From positions 134,959 through 198,958 of the forward strand of contig NMRA01000181.1 in assembly GCA_002633005.1 (NCBI GenBank): a DNA stretch of 64,000 nucleotides, read 5' to 3'. This DNA comes from Phoronis australis. Lineage: Eukaryota; Animalia; Phoronida. How positions within the stretch are numbered: position 1 is the first letter of the stretch; each line of letters starts with the position of its first letter. Positions 58,801-64,000 of the stretch are shown piece by piece. The position numbers and the translations under genes were made by a program. Under the pieces are notes generated by a model, which was not told where the DNA came from, ran no database searches, and saw only the letters and a program-made list of their open reading frames with translations.

Positions 58801-61288
58801 TGAACATTACGAGACGTGGGACTCCAAGTTCACGGTAATTGCGTCTACTTACGAAGAGTGCCGAGCTGAATGTGTTGGACTTTACCTAAGTTTGTCGGCG
58901 GACATCTTGCGGTAAGGAGCTCTGTTTTATCACAGATTGTCAAGGCTTTGCAAACTGTTTTCTTATGTTTCAAAAAGGCCACTCTCTTTAGTGACTGAGT
59001 GTGCAAAGTTCATTATGAGCTCACGGAAATATTAATTTTGAACACCAACCAAAATGTGGAGTTCTGATTAGAGCTGGGAAGCCGATCTTGATATGTCGGT
59101 TTGTGCATTGAGATCTATGCGATATCAAAGTAATGGCTTAAAGGGAATCAAATGTAAAATCAACATCAGTCGCAGAGTAAATGCTACATGAAAGACAAAG
59201 AAATTAGTGCATTGCACTTATCGAAGGAAGACACTGTTATTTGAGTGTCAAATTTTGGAGATGACAGTACTATTTGATTAATGAAGTAAACGAGTGAAAT
59301 GGATTCATTTACGGTGCTTGATGCTAATCTGATGCCTGTTTACAAAAATTCACAGAATATTCGGCCATGAAGGCGAGACTGCTGATGACATCATCTTCGT
59401 CAACTGGCTCAACATGGTGCGGGCGGGACTACTTGCACTTGAGTTCTATTCCCCTGACACACAAACGTGGCGACAGGCTCACATGCAGGCTCGCTTTGTC
59501 ATTCTCCGAGTCCTGTTCGAGGCCGGTGAAGGTCTGGTCACTATCAAGCACGTCCGTGGTTCTGATGACAAGCCTGATCTTATTATCTGCCTTGACCGCA
59601 GTAAGATCTCTGATGTTGGCAAGCTGGCTATTGAACGTTTTCTAAAGAAGCTTCAGGTAGGTGTATCTGTTAAGTGCAAACAAGGGGCCATCCAATGATG
59701 TAAAAGCAGATTGTTTTTTGACTGTACAGAAGTAGTGTTTTATTCATTGTTTAAATATAGTATTTGCATGCTTGGTCTTTTTAGTTTATGGTACATTGTT
59801 TCACATACATTACTCATTCTGTATCATAAAATGTCTCTGTGTATGTTGGAGGTGTATTTAGTCTGTAGCTGACTATGATGGTGTCTCTGTTTGTGTTGCA
59901 GGTGTATAAGTCTATAGCTGACTACGATGCCGCAAAGAATATGTATAATGGATATTCAGCTGTTGATGATCTGACTGAGCCGAAATTCCTGTCTCTGCGG
60001 GATATTGTGTTGGCACGCAAACAACCGCGAAAGATGTTTGTCCAGTGTAACACCGTTCTTAAAGGTAGGACAAAAGTTTGACCAGACTGCCATAGAATTC
60101 TGGCAAGAAATACCTCCAAGTCTGGCAGAATCTGTCAGTCTGTCAAGTATTTGGCAAATTTGAAATTTTCTTAGTTACTTACATTCAGATTTGAAATTTT
60201 CTTAGCCAATTACATTCAGTTTTTGGCCATAATAGAATCAAAAAACGGACAAATGCCTGTTATTGTTGTTGCACTCATTTCACTTCATGGATGTAACCTG
60301 ACTCATATGTCAACACTTGATGTCTGATTGTTGTATCCTGATGATGTCTAATGAATAGATGGAATGTCAAATTATTTGTAATATGAACTTTTTCATTTGT
60401 GTGGCGATTGTCCGTTTTTTATTTTTAGTCAAGTGATGTGCCCACTTATCCACTTTGTGAACTCTGAAATGTCTGGGAAGCCAAACTGTATTTATTTCCT
60501 GTTATTTTCTCTTAGGTGTTGTAGTTGTGAGGTGAAAACTGTCTAGCAATTTTGAATAATTCCTTGGTTTTTATCATACGACAGCTGGATGTTGGTTGTA
60601 GAGTCCATCAGAGGCTTAAAGTATACTAAACCCTGTTTTGATTATTTCAGCAATCCTGTATCTGTCATCTGCTAATACATCATTGGCAGCAATCTTGAAA
60701 CTTTAAAAAAAAAGCAGGACTCGACTAAAAACTTATACTTTCTATGTAACAGATTGGGTATTTTGATTCTTGGTGACTGGTCTTTTTCCACAGTTGCCTT
60801 GTAATTCACTAAAAGCGTAGGTCATGCTTGCCCAGTTAGCAGACTTCGAAAGGAGTTGTCAAATTTTCTTCCTAACTTTTGAGGGTTGTCAAAGGTTATA
60901 GAGCATTATTCTGTTTCAGGGAATTAGATGGGAATGTCTTTTTGATATCTGTTAATAGACGGAAACTGGGTTTGGTATGTTTTAAGGGAAATCACAAACA
61001 CTAGAATTATTATTAGATACATTATTGTTATTGCAGCTATTATTATTATTATTATCATTGTTGTAATTTTTGTTATGCTTACTTTATCACTATTATTATT
61101 ATTATTGTTATTATCATTATCATTGCTATGATTATGTATTTTTCATTTTAGGTGATTCTGTGGAGCTCATAGAGTATGAAGCGTCTGCTAAAGGCTTGAT
61201 ACAGTCAGTGGTGGAACGGTTCCCTTCTTCTAGTACAGATGAAATAATGAGACTATTGTGGGAGAAAGACAGATGTCACTTTAGCTGA
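40803..61288 (+). CDS. DPP3: Dipeptidyl peptidase III (peptidase family M49), 16 coding exons, 725 aa
   Basis: Exons 40803-40955, 41913-42029, 42774-42863, 44283-44420, 45783-45857, 46297-46390, 47218-47354, 48829-48959, 49859-50112, 50933-51039, 54621-54713, 57885-57947, 58787-58911, 59356-59656, 59902-60064, 61152-61288. All GT-AG, phases consistent, total 2178 nt. Motifs [38 protein letters not shown]. Confidence 0.97.
43354..43437. other. Assembly gap
   Basis: Run of N. Confidence 0.99.
43705..43772 (+). pseudogene. tRNA-like (Pol III A box/B box) cassette inside a MITE
   Basis: TGGTGTAGTGG at 43711-43721 and GAGTTCGAATC at 43753-43763; no clean cloverleaf. Second copy on the - strand at about 35600-35665. 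Confidence 0.6.
49060..49460 (+). mobile_element. LINE 3'-end remnant in DPP3 intron 8
   Basis: [13 protein letters not shown]...[20 protein letters not shown] followed by AATAAA and an A-rich tail; same type as 24700-25000. Confidence 0.65.
49859..50112 (+). CDS. DPP3: DPP3 exon 9
   Basis: [27 protein letters not shown]...[10 protein letters not shown]. Confidence 0.95.
51889..53366. mobile_element. Non-autonomous Tc1/mariner-superfamily (pogo-like) element, TA TSD
   Basis: TIR CCGTATTCGCCCTAATAAGC(G/A)CCCA at both ends, each flanked by TA. Confidence 0.85.
54621..54713 (+). CDS. DPP3: DPP3 exon 11, zinc-binding HELLGH motif
   Basis: [20 protein letters not shown]. Confidence 0.97.
58124..58328. 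repeat. Minisatellite, 68-bp unit x3
   Basis: GTTACTGAATCGAAATAACCACAAGTCACAGTACATGAATCTGTGAATGTTTTGTGTCACAGAGATGT repeated three times. Confidence 0.95.
58787..58911 (+). CDS. DPP3: DPP3 exon 13, EECRAE motif
   Basis: [34 protein letters not shown]. Confidence 0.97.
59356..59656 (+). CDS. DPP3: DPP3 exon 14
   Basis: [35 protein letters not shown]. Confidence 0.95.
61005..61135. repeat. Degenerate (TAT)n microsatellite
   Basis: TAT/ATT runs before the last DPP3 exon. Confidence 0.85.
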
Positions 61289-61859
61289 AGGTTGTGGAGG
61301 AGCTGAAGAATAGACACTAAAAACATCATTTTATGGCTTATATTTGTATTCAGTTTTTGCACTGTTAAGCTATTTTCGTTGATGAAAATGCAACATCATG
61401 TTTTCTCTTTTGTTGGCTTTTATCGTCCTATTGCCTAACCACAGATAAGTATGTCAATTTCACAATTGTTAGAAGTGCAGGGCTTCATTTCATGAAATTA
61501 TTTTAGTCTTAACTTAGATCCAAATAACAATGCTGTCATTCCATCATATGCCATGTTGCACTTGTTGAACTGTGCTGGAGATGTTGTGCCAACTATTAAA
61601 CTTTGAAACTTAAAAACTCATAGGGTTATTATAATTTTTTTGAAAATGCGATCCATAACAATCTTTAGTCGATAAATATTACAATTCATCCTGGAGAATA
61701 TATAGATGGAAAAACTTATAAATCATGACTTATGGACTTACTTTAAAACAAACTTCCCAATAGTGCTGGGCCGTCTGGCTCCTGCTACTGGTGATTGATA
61801 TCTGTCTGGTTCCCACAAAAATTCCATGGCCCTCTGCTGGTGTTCATAGACAACTGTAA

Positions 61860-62210
61860 GGCCACGGTGCATGAGTCAGATAGTTAAAATCTTACAGCTC
61901 CCTGTTTATTCAGAGGGGGGGGGGTTCTTGGATTTAACCCAGACAGCCTTTCTGACACCTTGTTCAAACCAAGAACGTTCTCTCACGTCTTCTTTCTCAA
62001 AAGAGTGGCCTTGTCAACAAGATAGTTAAACACTGTGGAGTTTAAACCACAGGCATTTGCTCACTTGGGTTTTCTGAGCGGCTGTGTAGTCTTGCCAACA
62101 TTCGTCACAATCGCACAAAATGTGACACATCACCCCACTGCCATCACAACACCGAAGTTTGTCCTTTGGGGTGGACTAAACTACTCCTGAGCGTGCCAAC
62201 AGACGTGTGT
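61860..62210 (-). mobile_element. Penelope-like GIY-YIG C-terminal remnant
   Basis: Frameshifted - strand reading TPKDKL...VGKTTQPLRK...NSTVFNYL..GHSFEKEDV..ERSWFEQGVRKAVWVK..PSLNKQG. Confidence 0.6.
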
Positions 62211-63139
62211 GTGGGGGGGGGGGGGAGGCTGGAATAGCGTTCATTCCTAATGAACACCTCTAGCTATAAGGGTACCATTGCGATGCAGCCATGGACGTAT
62301 TTCAACGTTTTGGGTTGCTCTTGTAAATATTTCCTGGAAATGCTTGGTTTTGCCTGTAAAGCCATGGGCTTATGTATATATTTATATATGTGGAATTTTG
62401 AGGCTATGGAAGATGGAAACAACAGACTCCTATCTGTACGATGTACTTGAGGTATTCGGGTCTGTGTATTTCTATGGTTAATGTTTAAAAAAATCAGGGT
62501 AGCATCTCTTCCACTGATAGCTTACTTGGATGTCAGGGGTGTCGTACATTGTACGCGGATGTTTTGGTAAAGAATCGCCATGTCCTCAATACACTGAAGC
62601 AACTACGCTGACTAGGTACTACACATTGTAGTGGAAAAACGTGTCGTCAAAATTCTCTGCATGTTTTAGCTTGCTTCCATGGGTGACACGAGAGCCTTTG
62701 GTGGTCTTTCCGACGGCCTGTTGGTAAGATAGGACTTTGCATTAGAATACGTGAAAATAACGGGCACTCCAGGAAAAGCAATGGTGCCTTCGGCATTGCT
62801 TCGAGCGTAAATCAGGGTCGCGTTCAGCAACGACGTACAGGGGCACGTACTCTGCGCTGGGTGTTAGTGAGCAATCGTAACCGTGCAATCTTTTTCAAAG
62901 GAGGACATTTTGCGAGTGTCTGCTAGCAAAGTTGTGAGTTTCCTGCGAAACACTACACTAGAGCTTGTGTTGCTTTAGCGTGATCTTACGAAGCTCGCAA
63001 GATACTAGCGTTACTGAATGTAACCCTGACGCATTTCTTATTTGGAGCCGCAAATACATAGGTTGTCTGCAATCCATCTTAAAACCAGTTGCAAGGAAGC
63101 AATTGTTCCACCAAGAATCTACCAGGGGCCTGTTTTATG

Positions 63140-63420
63140 AAGTGATTCTAAGAACAGTATGGACAAAGGGCAAGATACCAACTGGCTGGAAGGTCGCAGA
63201 GGGGTGCTTTGTGCCCAAGGAGAAGGATGCTGCTGCGATTGACCAGTTTAGAACAATATCACTGCTGAGTGTAGAAGGGAAGATGTTCTTTGGGATCTTT
63301 GCTAGGAGGTTGACATCCTATCTCTTAGACAAGTACATAAACACATCTGTACAGAAAGGAGGAATTCCTGGTTTCTCAGGCTGTGTTGAACATACGAGTG
63401 TCTTGAGCCAGCTGATTAAT
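63140..63420 (+). mobile_element. Non-LTR retrotransposon RT fragment (Hero/R2-like)
   Basis: VWTKGKIPTGWKVAEGCFVPKE...QFRTISLLSVEGKMFF...INTSVQKGGIPGFSGCVEHT; truncated at both ends. Confidence 0.8.
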
Positions 63421-64000
63421 GTGTCCAGAGTAATATACAACACCAATACATGGTGTGAATTCGATCCACAACTTACATGTGGGTGGACAGCTGTTTTGCA
63501 TCACTCATCGCTTTGTCCAGCGCTTCAATGAGTGTCGTCTGGTAGCCATCACCGATGCTTTCGAGACTAACAAAATGATTGCGAAGATCCTATTGGAAAA
63601 ACTTTCAGCTAGACTGAACCTTTAGTCTCGGGTAAATTTTCATTTGTGCTGGTAACGTTATTCAAGCTTCAACTGTATTCAGAAAAAAATATTTTGGTAT
63701 TCATGGTGACAACGAATAGGAGTGCGAGATTACATTAGCCATGCAGTCATGGTTTTTGAACGTCAACAATTTAGGGGAACATTTACGAAAGTAAAGGCCT
63801 TGGCGAATTCGGTGTGTATAATTTACTTCTCTGCCACTTGTCTATGAAAACACAAGGAAACAGTTACAATGCTGTAAAAACTGGATACAACGCAAGTCGT
63901 GCCAACCTACTCTTAATACTGCAATACGAGCGCAGCTCCCAAGTCACAACCATCCTGACCACCAAGCACGTGCCCGAAATCTATGGCCTATTTCTCGATG

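Overview
AT-rich, intron-rich, transposon-dense DNA from an animal genome, probably a marine invertebrate; the species cannot be determined from the sequence. Two divergently oriented host genes were reconstructed by hand. (1) A complete dipeptidyl peptidase III gene (DPP3) on the + strand: 16 coding exons at 40803-61288, about 725 aa, with the HELLGH and EECRAE motifs. (2) An unannotated-looking multi-exon gene on the - strand (29737 to about 2121), built entirely from phase-1 introns. It predicts an N-terminal RHIM-like motif (YLQIGDGNCVNI), two TRADD-N-like domains, a duplicated 222-bp exon and a low-complexity tail, making it a candidate lineage-specific amyloid/death-signalling adaptor. 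Introns and intergenic DNA hold many mobile elements: several Kolobok-type elements (TTAA target, THAP plus a KolX/P2X7-ballast-like ORF, one nested in another), hAT-like MITEs with 5-bp target duplications (two carrying a tRNA-like cassette), two ISL2EU-like elements inserted about 35 bp apart in one LINE, a Penelope-like element with inverted pseudo-LTR and hammerhead-like motifs, a pogo-like MITE and LINE fragments. All domain calls are from motif recognition by eye; no searches were run.
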